A stretch of 64,000 bases of DNA from a virus, in IMG/VR virus record IMGVR_UViG_3300028115_000009, positions 23,573-87,572 of that record. One strand, 5' to 3'. The notes below the pieces were generated by a model, which was given only the letters and a program-made list of their open reading frames with translations, was not told the DNA's origin and did no database searches. Position 1 is the first letter of the stretch. Each line of letters opens with the position of its first letter. Position numbers and translations under genes: made by a program. Positions 44,201 through 54,200 of the stretch are shown piece after piece.

Positions 44201-46362
44201 CTCTGTACTATCGTTATAGTGTTAGGTTCTATAGTTAATGCACTGTTGATATACTGAGTTGCTGGAGATTGTACTCCTTCAAGAACTTGATAGCTTTGAG
44301 CAGGAACAGTATTTGTTAGAGCATTTTCAATATTGTTAAACAACTGACCAACTACTGCTGAGAAAAATTCAATTTGGTCAGCAACTGTTTGATTAGTAAA
44401 CTTATTTGTACTTTCTAAGTCAAAATATAGTAAAGCATTTGCAACAGTTCTTGCATTTTGTCCTCTTGCTAAGTCAGTAACTACACCGTCAAAGATGTAA
44501 CGTGCATCGCGTCTTGTTTTTTCATTGTCAAAGTTAACAGAACTATCAAACGGAGTTAAATTTTGGTTTTGTTGATATAAGAACCAATAGAATGTTTCTT
44601 CAATTACCCATTCTTTGTTTGCTTCAAGTAATGCTTTTTCGTTTTGTTTTAGCACACCTTCTGCTACACGCTCACATGCATATTTAATAGTGCGCCATGC
44701 AGTATCAGCAGTAGCACCTCTGTCAAGTGCGTCAATACCGTTAGTTGCAACATAATAAACATTTGGAGTAAAGTCTGTGTTGCTCCAAACAGGTAAGTCA
44801 CCTACAGTTTTTAAAACTTGAGATTGCAGACCAATTGCCAGCGCAGAATTTTGATCGCCTGAACGAACAATCATTTCGCCTGCGCTAGACATACTGTTTC
44901 TTTGATCGTGTTGTAAGTATACAACCCAATATGCATTTTGTAAATCTAAATCTGGTCTATTAACTAATGCAGAAGTATGCTCTCTTATACATTTAAATGT
45001 TGCGTTACCATAGTATGCAACATCGTCTTGGTTATATAACGTAGCTTCTGTCCATTTGCCTTCCCAGTTAAAACCTGGAATCAACAATTCCCAATATAGA
45101 TAATTAGTTCCAGAGAATGTGAGTACTGCACTATCACTTATTGCGCCATCTGGTGCGTAATTTAAAATTACTGTAGTTATGTTTCCGTCAACACTAACTG
45201 CTGTAACTTCTTGGCCCCTTGCAAACCCTTCTCCAGTAACTGTCATACCCGGAGTAATAGCTGCTGAACTTGTAGAGTCACCGGTGTCTAATTTAATAGT
45301 AGTACCTGCAGAGCCGTCTGCTTCGTAAATTGCGTTAACTACAAAATTGCCCGGAACTTCAGATGTACTATCTCTAAGAGCAACATATAAGTCTCCACCG
45401 TAGTTTACTACACTACCGACTCTATATTCAGTTGCAACATCCCATTGTCCTGATACATCGTATGCCTGGCTGATTATTTCCCATGCATCGGTAGAATCAT
45501 CAGCATTAAAAGATGGCTTGTTATTAATGTTATTAATTGTTTTACTTTGGTATAAGTATCCGCCGTATAATACAACTTCGCCTGGCTGATAAACTGCGTT
45601 CGCATCCCACACATTGTTAAAGTCAAGACCTGGCATCCAAAGTTCCCAGTTTTCTTGAATGAATGTTTCGTATAATTCTGTCGAATCAGCAAAGTCAACA
45701 AATTCGTTAGACGGAGCATGCCCTACAATACACTTATAAACACTAGGACCGTACTTAACTATATCGCCCAATTTGTATCTTAATACGCTACTATCTTCTG
45801 AAGACGTTGCATATTCGCCGCGCCACTGTACGCCTTCATTTGTTAATTTCCATTTTTGTACAGTACTGTCAAGGTTAAAATAATCAGCTTCAAGTCCATC
45901 TAAGTCTGTAGGAGCAGAAATATGAGATATTACACACTCGTATGCAGAACCGCCATATTGAACAATATCACCTACACCGTAAGTAGTAGACGATGTCCAT
46001 TCACTTTGCCAAGTTTTAGATTCAGCGTAAACGTCCCATTTATCAATGTCTGTATCAAGTACTGCACCGCCCAAGTGTTGTGTATTACATTTATAAACAA
46101 TACCACCGAAAATTACAATGTTATCTAAACTGTAGAATGTAAATTGCTGCCAAGGACCTTTCCAAGTCTGGCCAGTCATCATTAATTCCCATTTAGGTTC
46201 AACTGCATTTAAATCTGCGTAAAAGCCATTAGAGTTGTGAGGTATTAAACATACGTATGCTTTACCTTCGTATTGGACAACTTGGTCCTTGTTATAAGCA
46301 GTTTGATCTGACCATTCTCCAACCCATGAAAAACGTAATCTACTTATTTTAAATTCAGCCAT
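38266..46362 (-). CDS. Giant (2698 aa) virion structural/fibre protein
   Basis: MAEFKISRLRF start and overall scaffold collinear with the 3722-aa protein (KSPYVQNVTNFG, SQVRLT.HDFL.IG, VFYSSTDQDGNF); TAAATA at 46393-46398. Confidence 0.8.
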   Translation of the reverse strand: MAEFKISRLRFSWVGEWSDQTAYNKDQVVQYEGKAYVCLIPHNSNGFYADLNAVEPKWELMMTGQTWKGPWQQFTFYSLDNIVIFGGIVYKCNTQHLGGAVLDTDIDKWDVYAESKTWQSEWTSSTTYGVGDIVQYGGSAYECVISHISAPTDLDGLEADYFNLDSTVQKWKLTNEGVQWRGEYATSSEDSSVLRYKLGDIVKYGPSVYKCIVGHAPSNEFVDFADSTELYETFIQENWELWMPGLDFNNVWDANAVYQPGEVVLYGGYLYQSKTINNINNKPSFNADDSTDAWEIISQAYDVSGQWDVATEYRVGSVVNYGGDLYVALRDSTSEVPGNFVVNAIYEADGSAGTTIKLDTGDSTSSAAITPGMTVTGEGFARGQEVTAVSVDGNITTVILNYAPDGAISDSAVLTFSGTNYLYWELLIPGFNWEGKWTEATLYNQDDVAYYGNATFKCIREHTSALVNRPDLDLQNAYWVVYLQHDQRNSMSSAGEMIVRSGDQNSALAIGLQSQVLKTVGDLPVWSNTDFTPNVYYVATNGIDALDRGATADTAWRTIKYACERVAEGVLKQNEKALLEANKEWVIEETFYWFLYQQNQNLTPFDSSVNFDNEKTRRDARYIFDGVVTDLARGQNARTVANALLYFDLESTNKFTNQTVADQIEFFSAVVGQLFNNIENALTNTVPAQSYQVLEGVQSPATQYINSALTIEPNTITIVQSLEGIIRSAFAAGSPNGIPPANQGAYTTINVKSGTYEEILPIVIPAKTALNGDELRGAAVKPANPVNTLCRRTIGDINQFVVGSTVNMEHNTPVQFVSLNPVDEISTMIGGDNIVQGITYYVIGDSITDTTFQVAAEPDGDPVPLFTNIGYMYVYGGQAIGDMFRVQNGTGIRNMTLSGLLGTLTPENEFSTRRPSGGSFVSFDPGEGPDDTTAWITTKSPYVQNVTNFGLGCVGMKIDSTIHNGGNRSMVCNDFTQIISDGIGLWCTGGDALVEAVSVFSYYNYAGYFAEDGGRIRATNGNSSYGKYGVVAEGFDDEEIPAVGNVNNRSYQATATPVSALGASAEVLKLQFDHAGEEYYESTTNLLYHSNNFLDSSKWTTDSNLNITTASSSPYVGQRAWKVEGVTNLTDSSYFYQDINVAPQGGVYTNIAGENISGSGVDATFDITVFSDRYVVAVNNGGSGYVVGNQIRISGQNFGAQPDTYDIIVTVDSLSITSILTVTHEGTVPPGSALAYTASIYAKEGTAQYFDMLATFSGYETKTSRVRFNFATGEVSSLTTDDGGVIPTAVYGAFVKYEEDGWYRVTFTFWDQTAQNTNLQYRIYPRGIDGIAGTTNFYGAQLQIGDAATFFLETNDYIPTSYANVNVSGAGRNANIVADELRSGGVFQTRILDGDGTTGGLLYKLQTNNAQSGNTQYLTLAGSEVATPVEYEGMRLNISSGRGAGQYGIISRYDESSKQAFVVKESFDSLEVASADATSDRFRLDSAADFHTVYVDQPIQFTPTYFNIEITSTAQATVEATETLGDLNNLMKVVSTARLKVNQKINFTGEAFGGVITGFDYYILNIVDETTIQISTSLGGGVWPLNNETGSMSLNYPANNGYLFGSNTADMQIAYPIQFTGISLGDVELGTTYYIHEIYDANNFSISANKIDVTATDTTTSTNVITIADTSVLIPMTPIIFKGATLGGIVEKTQYWVNNIIDGTDFTIASSVLTRTASATTATSNLITVDSTTGFIAGSPIVFSGTVFGGLENDKVYYIQVVNDATSFTISETPAGAAVPLLTAAGEIIARTTADTVTLTTDSGTMLGTSLGDKEQVTADGGSIMGASFFTEVFGGITAGTSYYVKEKFDTVVVDTYADAGNWATGTTVFVGNNITIDIDLAADTDFIQALATLGEDSSAAAFTIVDDIEGEQTITITGGGWNTTPAAGATITALTLQTAPGSLSSISSMSFPTGAPNIKEFTISATEGGAVTALDTETGSMQLNAVGWDHINPGTLLVNTFDSTSVYTIEPRVKYGAPTFTQIAMNDIPHINISEYSIIASNGFYPIAFPINGFNAVSTSDYENWDIDIILPKGADDAPEIDDGFGTLIPNPDYNGGWVDACYGNNTWVLISKTGDVLYSVSDGVTWLSSSLPTLSTGNYTAITYGNGRFVAVSDSSISAYSANNGSTWTEVDQSIDDDKWIDIDYGRNTFVAISGDSHAVKYSIDNGATWAESTLDTSLDSTAGNWTQIKFGNGRFVAVSSDEKPSVYSFDGITWYQSNLAVKGTIFEYGNGVFVLINVEDGICCQSEDGFNWKILDGEISPYRALGFTFDNINKDGWFLAISDLGVTHKISTGSRAQARVTITDSTITSVNMFQAGSGYTTSPTIDIFDPNNSQDAAFQVRVGNGVLSSPTFVNYGQGYNTTSTSISINGGGYADEFQTGLRIVVKNLTRLPQPGDNLEFTGNGEVYRVAKATILRGTEVPFLECEIQLSPGLTQDLSPAHDDPLTIRSRFSQVRLTNHDFLNIGFGNQIQSNYPNLPITTNLEPQDEVQETNNGRVFYSSTDQDGNFRVGDLFAVEQATGIVTLSADEFGLQGLDQLEIGGVALGGSPVVITAFSTDGTFVANSNNLVPTQKAIKTYLTSRLSQGGSDTFTGLLTAGTVKVGGPDEITSTVPEGAEGWQVEIGTKANVSGPTAAWAGDGLAMAYFMKTFVDPTR

Positions 46363-46398
46363 TTTGCGGTTCCTTGATTCTGTTTATTAGCGTATTTA

Positions 46399-46776
46399 TC
46401 AGACTATTTGAGTCGGGTCGTAAGTATAAGATTGGTTAATTCTTACTACTAGTTCACCTTGTTCGTTTACATAATAATACATATTTTTATTATCCCAACG
46501 ATACTGGTCCCATTGCAAGTTATCATATGGTCTACTGTGATCTAATTCAATACGTCCATCAAAGAAATCTACACCGTATTCAAATTCAGTAAAGTCATCT
46601 TCTGATGATCCCGGATTGTTGATAGTAATCGCATCAACGTCTTTAAGTTGGTCGATTTTAGCAAAGAATAAAGTTCCGTCTTCGGTTCTGCGTAATGCAT
46701 AAAAGTATCTTGGTTGACCTTCACCTAACAGTTCATTATTATTAGGAGTTTGTCCTACGTAGTGTGTTGATGCCAT
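46399..46776 (-). CDS. Hypothetical virion-associated protein (start reassigned to 46776)
   Basis: SD AGGAG upstream of MASTHYVG; lies inside the structural operon. Confidence 0.65.
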   Translation of the reverse strand: MASTHYVGQTPNNNELLGEGQPRYFYALRRTEDGTLFFAKIDQLKDVDAITINNPGSSEDDFTEFEYGVDFFDGRIELDHSRPYDNLQWDQYRWDNKNMYYYVNEQGELVVRINQSYTYDPTQIV

Positions 46777-46787
46777 CTTATATCTCC

Positions 46788-47117
46788 TTAAACAATTTCT
46801 ACTGTACTTAGAATGCAATCAATGCTTGAATTAACATTTGAACTTACATACAAGTTATTATTTGGTGTTAAAATTAATTTTTCGCCGCCATTTAGAACAC
46901 GTAAACTTGTGTTCGGTGGAAGAATCATTTCTTTTGCGTAGTATCCAGTTACACTGTCTGCATCTTGCAGTTCTACGTTAACAAGTACTACACCTTCAGT
47001 TAAATTTGCTAAACTGAATCCTACTACTGTAATACGATTGTTATCGTTAGTAGCTAGTACTTCTTCTCTTGTAGTACCTATCTCTGTTACCACTTTGTTT
47101 CTAAATGTAGTTGCCAT
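46788..47117 (-). CDS. Small virion protein (about 110-aa family)
   Basis: MATTFRNKV...SLANLT...ILPPNTSL...GEKLIL...VEIV. Confidence 0.6.
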   Translation of the reverse strand: MATTFRNKVVTEIGTTREEVLATNDNNRITVVGFSLANLTEGVVLVNVELQDADSVTGYYAKEMILPPNTSLRVLNGGEKLILTPNNNLYVSSNVNSSIDCILSTVEIV

Positions 47118-47123
47118 ATTTTT

Positions 47124-50100
47124 TTATCCCAATACTAATACTGTTGAAAGTGCAATTTCTTCTGCATCATTTCGTGTAATACCTGACGCTGCACCTGCAA
47201 CTGATACCCAGTTTGTTCCGTCCCAAATTTCAACACGAACATCATCAGTGTTAAATCGTATTTGTCCTGTTTCTGTATATTCTAGTGGAGGACGAGCGCC
47301 ACTTGCGCCCACTGGAATAACAATACCATATGTTCCGTCGAACTTGACATAACCGTTCGCTGTATTTTCAAAAGTTGTAACACTGTCAGTAACAGTATTT
47401 GTAATTGTATTACCTTTAAATGCAAAATTGTCAAACTTGACAGTGCCAGTGCCATTAGCAGTTAGCGTTAAGTCAGTATTAAGCGTAGTTGTAGTAATAA
47501 CATTACCATCTATACGAATGTCATCTACATCTAGTCTAGGAACAGTTAATTTAGTAGAATCTATAGTTGCAATAGTGTTGTTATCAACTATGAATCTAAT
47601 AACATTATCGTTTGCTCCTTCAGTAAGTTCAGCTGTAACACGAGTTGTACCATCTAAGTCTTCGACACCTTTAAGATTAACCCAATTAGTACCGTTGTAT
47701 CCTTCAAATCTACTTAATTCTGTGTTAAATCTTAGTTGTCCGCTTACTGCTGTAGGACGTTCTGATGTATCACCTGCTGGTAATTCCAATGCTCCAGTTG
47801 CATCAATAATTAAAACATCACTACCTGGCTCAATTGTGAAGTCTCCGCTAGTACTAATGGTTGAACTATTAATATCAAATGTATCAATAATGATCGATCC
47901 AGTGCCAGCAGCACGTAATTCTAAATTACTATTAGAAATTGTTGTGGTAATAAAATTATCATCAATTAATATATCACCAGTGCTAAAACTGTTTGCAGTA
48001 ATTAAACTTGTACTTGTAAGATTTCCAACAGTTATTGTTCCGTCAACGGTTAGATTGTTAGTAATTACTACATCGTTAGTTGGAACAAATATATTTCCTG
48101 TTCCATTTGCACGTAGTTCTAAATTTGCATTACTTTCAGTTGTAGTAATTCTGTTACCAGAAAGTTGAATTTCTTCAAACTGGATAACACTTGCACTAAT
48201 AATAACTTCACCAGTTACATCTAAATTACCAGTTAAGTTAATATTACCAACTTGATTAACATCGCCGGTATGTGTTATAGTTCCGACAATATTAGTATCT
48301 TTTAGGTATGTATCTGAATTAACTGTTAGGTCTTGTTCAATAATAACATTGTTACTAGGAACGTATATGTCCCCTGTTCCGTTAGCTCTTAATTCTAAAT
48401 CACTATTACTTGCGGTTGTAGTAATAAAGTTATCATCTATTAAAATATCGCCTGTACTAAATCTGTTAGCAGTAATAGTACCAGCACTATTAATATCGCC
48501 AACTGTTATTGTACCAGTTACATATAAATCATTATTAATCACAACATCGTTAGCAGGAATAACAACATCGCCGTATACTGTAGCACGAAGTTCTAAATCA
48601 CTATTACTTGCGGTTGTAGTAATAATATTATTTTCAATATTAATATTTTCAAACTGTGCTGCGGCAGATATTGTAAAATTACCAGTAATACCAAAGTCAC
48701 CAGTTAAATTAATATTACCAGTTTGTGTAATATTTCCTGTTTGTGTTATATTACCTTGTATTTCTAAATTATCTAAATTTGTAGTTCCGTAAACTCTTAA
48801 TTCTTGGTCTAATACTACATTATTGCTTGGAACATATATTGTTCCAGTTCCGTTTGCACGTAATTCTAAATTGCTATTAGAATCAGTTGTAGTAATAAAA
48901 TTGTCGCGAATAATAATATTGTCAAGATTTATTTGATTTACAAATAAGTTATTCCATATTTTAGACTCTTCGCCTAAGCTGTAAGTGCTACCAACTTTAG
49001 GAGTAATGTCGCTGTCAATACCTGCAACAATTTGAATAGTATCAGTTGCTTCATCGCCAATAGTAATGTTGCCGCCAATAGTTACGTTGCCAGTAACATC
49101 TAAACTACCATTAATAGCTACATCTGAATTTAAATTTATTTGGCCAGTTGCTGCGCTAAAATTAGCATCTTGTGTTAGTGTTTCTACAGTATTGCCACTA
49201 ATGCGCCAATCGCCTGTTTCAATTTTAGTTCCGTCAATATATGTAGTATCGCCGCCTGTTACAAAACTAACACCGTTTTCGGTATTAATTGTAAAGTCGC
49301 TAACTGCAAATGTTACATTTCCTGTTTCTTGGTTTACATAGAATAAATCGCCGACTCTAAAGTCGCCGTTATGATCAACAGAGTTGTATCGAACTCTTGC
49401 ACCTTGAGTTTCTACTATTTCGTTTTCTTGTATAACAGTTCCAGTGTCATTGGTAACTTCTTTACCGTTACCGATGTATGCTAAGTTTTGTCCAATAGCA
49501 TAAACAATTACGCCTAGGCCATCGCCTACAATACCGTAATTACCGTAAATAGCAGCAGAGCCAATCATACGTATCTCTGCACCAAACTCTCTTAAGTCAA
49601 AGTCCGTAATACTTGTTGCAGTTTCAACACCGTCTGAAATACTTTGTGGCGTTAAGTCAAAGCCAAATAAGTCTAAATAACCATTGACATATACGTCATC
49701 GCCGTCTATACTACTAATAGTTCCTGTAAGAACAGTAGAAGCATCTGTACTTGTAATAGTAAGAACATTGCCCGGTGTAAATGCACCAGACGTTCCTGCT
49801 AAAGTTAATTTTGTTTTACCTGCAGATCTACGGCCAGCCGTACCATCATATGCATACACTGACCTATTTGCAAAATATGTAAAGCTGTTTAGCCATTCAA
49901 TTCGTGCACCGTTAGTTGCTGTGATACAATCAACGCCTGGTGTAATAAATGTTGCACTATGGAATAGCATTGCAGTATTAGCACTTGAAACGCTTGCAAC
50001 ACTACCATCAATAAGTGCGCCCTTACCTGCATCACCTGCATTAAATCCTCTTGGATCTTCTACAGTAGTTGTACTACCATTAGTAATTACTGTAACGTTT

Positions 50101-51134
50101 TTAATATATGGGCTGCGATTTGTTGCTGTATAGCCTGGTGCAAATTTAAATGCATATCCTGGACTATAGAAACCAGTAACAGTCAAGTCACTAACAGTAG
50201 TTTCGCCGTTTAACAAAATAGCATCATTTGTGTTTGTACCTACTGTAGGTGTTATTGTTACTCCACGAATGCCTTCGCCCTTCAATGTTACGCCTGCTGG
50301 TATAGTTAATGGAAATACTTCTTCATAAACGCCCGGAGACACATGAATAACATCGCCGGCAACTGCTTGGCTTAATGCAAATTTAATTGTTGCAAATGGA
50401 TCCAATACATGGTCGCCTGATGCAGTATCGCTACCATTTGCTGCAACAAATATTAGGTTACCTGGACGTAATGTTACATCAATTCCGCCTAAATCTAAAT
50501 CATCTGTATTAACACTTGATGCAATGAGTCTGTTAACCCAAACGTCATTCCACTCTTTGCCACCTGTAGTTGGATCACTACCTAAAGCATAAGTGTCGGT
50601 AGTTGTAGGAATAATATCAGAAGCAATTTCTGCGTTAAAAATAACGTTGTCTGTTGCTGCGTCACCAATTACAATATTACCGTCAGCACTAATATTACCA
50701 GTAGCATGAATATTTCCGTCTACATTTAAATTGCTGTGGACATTAACTGCTCCAGTGCCGTTAGGTCTAAATTCTAAGTTTGCATTTGAACTATTAGTTG
50801 TAATAGCATTGCCTTCGATATCAATGCTGTCTATTCTAATTTTGTTAAGCGCAACTACAGTATCCAGTGTTGCTAGATTTAAAAACTGATTAGTAGTGCT
50901 AATAGTGTTACCTTCAATAGTAACTTCACCAAGGTCTGCTCGTGTGTCTACTATTAAATTTGTTGTTTTGCTAGTGCCGGAAACTTGTAGTTCGTGTGTA
51001 GGACTCGTAGTCTTGATACCGATACGCTGATTATTGACATCTAAATATAATAAGTCTGTTTCAAAAGCTAAATCAATCCCATTACGGATTAGATTTTCCT
51101 TCAGCAACGGACCGGATATGCGACCTACAGCCAT
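47124..51134 (-). CDS. Large tail fibre/baseplate-associated protein (1336 aa)
   Basis: MAVGRISGPLL start; repeated DNFITTTxSNSDLELRANGTG units; two G..RP...GQ.RFNT...E.Y/W.G..W modules; paralog of 51278-56152. Confidence 0.75.
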   Translation of the reverse strand: MAVGRISGPLLKENLIRNGIDLAFETDLLYLDVNNQRIGIKTTSPTHELQVSGTSKTTNLIVDTRADLGEVTIEGNTISTTNQFLNLATLDTVVALNKIRIDSIDIEGNAITTNSSNANLEFRPNGTGAVNVHSNLNVDGNIHATGNISADGNIVIGDAATDNVIFNAEIASDIIPTTTDTYALGSDPTTGGKEWNDVWVNRLIASSVNTDDLDLGGIDVTLRPGNLIFVAANGSDTASGDHVLDPFATIKFALSQAVAGDVIHVSPGVYEEVFPLTIPAGVTLKGEGIRGVTITPTVGTNTNDAILLNGETTVSDLTVTGFYSPGYAFKFAPGYTATNRSPYIKNVTVITNGSTTTVEDPRGFNAGDAGKGALIDGSVASVSSANTAMLFHSATFITPGVDCITATNGARIEWLNSFTYFANRSVYAYDGTAGRRSAGKTKLTLAGTSGAFTPGNVLTITSTDASTVLTGTISSIDGDDVYVNGYLDLFGFDLTPQSISDGVETATSITDFDLREFGAEIRMIGSAAIYGNYGIVGDGLGVIVYAIGQNLAYIGNGKEVTNDTGTVIQENEIVETQGARVRYNSVDHNGDFRVGDLFYVNQETGNVTFAVSDFTINTENGVSFVTGGDTTYIDGTKIETGDWRISGNTVETLTQDANFSAATGQINLNSDVAINGSLDVTGNVTIGGNITIGDEATDTIQIVAGIDSDITPKVGSTYSLGEESKIWNNLFVNQINLDNIIIRDNFITTTDSNSNLELRANGTGTIYVPSNNVVLDQELRVYGTTNLDNLEIQGNITQTGNITQTGNINLTGDFGITGNFTISAAAQFENINIENNIITTTASNSDLELRATVYGDVVIPANDVVINNDLYVTGTITVGDINSAGTITANRFSTGDILIDDNFITTTASNSDLELRANGTGDIYVPSNNVIIEQDLTVNSDTYLKDTNIVGTITHTGDVNQVGNINLTGNLDVTGEVIISASVIQFEEIQLSGNRITTTESNANLELRANGTGNIFVPTNDVVITNNLTVDGTITVGNLTSTSLITANSFSTGDILIDDNFITTTISNSNLELRAAGTGSIIIDTFDINSSTISTSGDFTIEPGSDVLIIDATGALELPAGDTSERPTAVSGQLRFNTELSRFEGYNGTNWVNLKGVEDLDGTTRVTAELTEGANDNVIRFIVDNNTIATIDSTKLTVPRLDVDDIRIDGNVITTTTLNTDLTLTANGTGTVKFDNFAFKGNTITNTVTDSVTTFENTANGYVKFDGTYGIVIPVGASGARPPLEYTETGQIRFNTDDVRVEIWDGTNWVSVAGAASGITRNDAEEIALSTVLVLG

Positions 51135-51139
51135 TTCGT

Positions 51140-51245
51140 CTCCTATACACGGGGATCCTGTCCCTCCAGCCTCATTTTCAGCTTACGCTCTTTGCGGGTT
51201 GACCACAGTTTGACTGTGTAAAGCATTGGTCGCGCCTTACACAAT
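51140..51245 (-). ncRNA. Candidate structured cis-regulatory 5' leader RNA with a possible pseudoknot
   Basis: GC-rich intergenic segment between TAAATA (51253-51248) and the SD: 10-bp stem UGUGUAAGGC/GCUUUACACA, loop GACCA complementary to downstream UGGUC, AGC-GUAA-GCU hairpin, GGGA/UCCC hairpin. Confidence 0.5.
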
Positions 51246-51277
51246 AGTATTTATCGTATTTGAGTTTTTGTGGGCGG

Positions 51278-54200
51278 TTACCCAAAGATTAGAGTGTATT
51301 CTAAGATAAGATCATTCATTTCTGCTTCGCTAATAGTTGCACTGCTACCAGCTGCTGATATGTATGTATTACCGTCCCAAGTTTCTAATATTTGTTCTTG
51401 TGTATTCCATCTAGTTAGCCCTACTTCAGGACTTACTGTTTGTTGTTCAGCTGTTGTTCCATAAGGTATTACTACACCAGTTTGAACATTAAATTTTACT
51501 TTACCGTACCCTGTGTTTTTAAGTATTAATGCCCCAGCATTATTATTTTGTATACTATTACTAGTTATAGTAGTACTATAAAGTGCTAATTTACCAGTTC
51601 CGTTTGCACGTAATTCTAAATTGCTATTAGATACATTTGTTCTAATATTATTAGTTTGGATTAAAATATCATCAACATCTAATCCGTGAATACTGATTCC
51701 GTCAGCATCTACATTACCTACTGCTACTTGATTTATAGTAAAATTAATAATATCATTAGTTGGATGTGTTAATACATTAGTTCTTCTATTAGCAGAATAT
51801 ACACCATTAAACGATAGGACTTTTGAATTATTAAATGCTTCAAATACGTTATCAGTAGTATTGAATCGTATACGATTATTTGCTACTTGTCGTTGTTCAG
51901 TTGTGCCAGCCGGTAAATTTATTGCGCCCGTTGCTGCGATTATTAGATTTCCATTAACAGCAAATGTAATATTAGTTGATGTAGTTTGTAGATTAGTATC
52001 TTTAAATCTAAAGTTTTCTAAAGTAATTCTAGAATCTAGTGATCTTAATTCTAAGTTACTATTTGAATTAGTAGTAGTAATAACGTTGTCATAAAGTTTG
52101 ATATTAGAACTTAATTCAAATTCTTCTGCACTAAGCGATTGAATTGTATTAATATTAACAGAGTTGAGTGTGCCTAAATACACGTTATCAATAACTTGTA
52201 CATTATTATCAGGTACAGATAAGATACCTGTTCCGTTTGCACGTAAGTCTAGATCTGCATTTGATTCAGTTGTTTCGATATAGTTGTCATTAAACAATAT
52301 ATCATCAAATTGTATTTCGCTTTCGATGTTAGTAGAACTTACTGTAACATTGCCTATAACGTTTAGATTACCTGTTTGATTTCTATCACCTGTTTGCGTT
52401 ACAGTGCCAATAACAATTAGATCATCAATATCTGTATTTCTATTAACTGTTAAGTCGGTATCAATTGTAACATTATTTGCTGGAACAACTACGTTTCTGT
52501 CAGCACGCAGTTCTAAATTTTCGTTTGAAATAGTTGTAGATACAAAATTATCATCAATTTGAATAATGCTATCTGTAATAACAATATCATTAAGATCTAA
52601 ATCTTGTATTACAGTAATATCATTTGCTATAATCGATGATACAAACAAGTCATTAGTTACTCTAACATCGTTGGCTGGGAAAGAAACATTTCCTGTGCCG
52701 TTTGCTTGCATTATGAAATCTGCTCTATAATAATCACCTAAGAATAAATTGCTGTTATATTTTCCTGGGTTTGCATATTCATCTTCTAACAGTTGTTCAA
52801 CAATAGGATATAAGAATTCGTCAAATGTAGTATTATTAGTAGTTCCGTTTGCAACATACTGTAACCAAGCAAGTGAATCTGCTGAAGTTAATGTTCCGCT
52901 AGCATTTACATCAATGTATGAGTATGCGTATGGTACGCTAGTTCCGTTAGCAAGAAAGTTAATTAAATTCTTTTCAGTTTGTTCAGCATAGTCGTCAGCA
53001 GTTGCTCCGTTTAATTGCATATCTTTAACAATCTGCGGAATTGATAACGGATCATATGGATCGTTAGGATTTAATCTAAGATCTTCTCTAATGTTTCTTA
53101 AAACATTATCATTAAAATTAAAACTACTTAATGTTGCTTCGTTACTAACAGTTAAGTTACCGGTAACAATAGTATTACCAGTTTGTGATATATCTCCAGT
53201 TTGTGATATATCTCCAGTTTGTACAGTATTTCCTGTTATGTTAACTTGTAGAGGAGTTATAGTTTCAACAAGACCGATATCTTCAATTAACGATACCACA
53301 TCCCATTCAACAATATTATCTACTGCACGAAAGATAATGCTAATTGCAGAACCTACAGGTTCAAATGATGCAGTCAGTATCTGATCGGCAACTAAGCCCG
53401 AAGATTCATTCCACTCAAATAAGGTGCCTACTCCTGATTCAAATATTCTCAAATAAAATGCATTAGCGTTTGCTGCACTTCTAAATGTTGTAGTAAAATC
53501 ATAAGTTTTTCCTGCTTCTACAGATACTACTTGAGAAATGTTTCTTGCACTTCCTGTTGCAATAATACGCAAGTTACCATCAATAGCTGTAGCAGAACCA
53601 CCGCCAGTTTGAGACCACCCTACTAAGTTACTATCAAATGTTCCGTTAACTATTAACTCTGGACCGTATTGATAAGATATAAAACTATCTTTCAATGTTG
53701 TCTGTTTAACAACAGTAAGATCATTATCTATAACTACATTATTAGTCGGAATTAATATAGTGCCCGTTCCATTAGCACGTAATTCTAAATTTGCATTACT
53801 TTCATCACTAGTAATATAGTTTTCATCGCTGGTAATATTTCCAGCTTGCATTCTACCTAAGTAAACATTGTTCCATTGCTTAACTTCGGTTCCTAAGTCG
53901 TGTACTAATGTTTGATGCGGATTAAAGTTTTGTTCAAAATTAACATTAAAGTCTACAGTATCAGTTGCTTGGTTACCTGCTAAGTTTAATGTGCCACCGA
54001 AACTAAAATTATCACGAATAACTAAATTGTTTGTAATGAGTGTGTTATCATTAAAGTTAATTGTATTAGAACCGCCTGACAATTCTAAATCGCCTGACAC
54101 TGTTAAAATATCATTATTTAAAATTTCAATGTTGCCAGTATTAACTATATTTCCGTTAATGACCGTAGATTGACCAGATGTGTTAATTACCAAACCGCTT

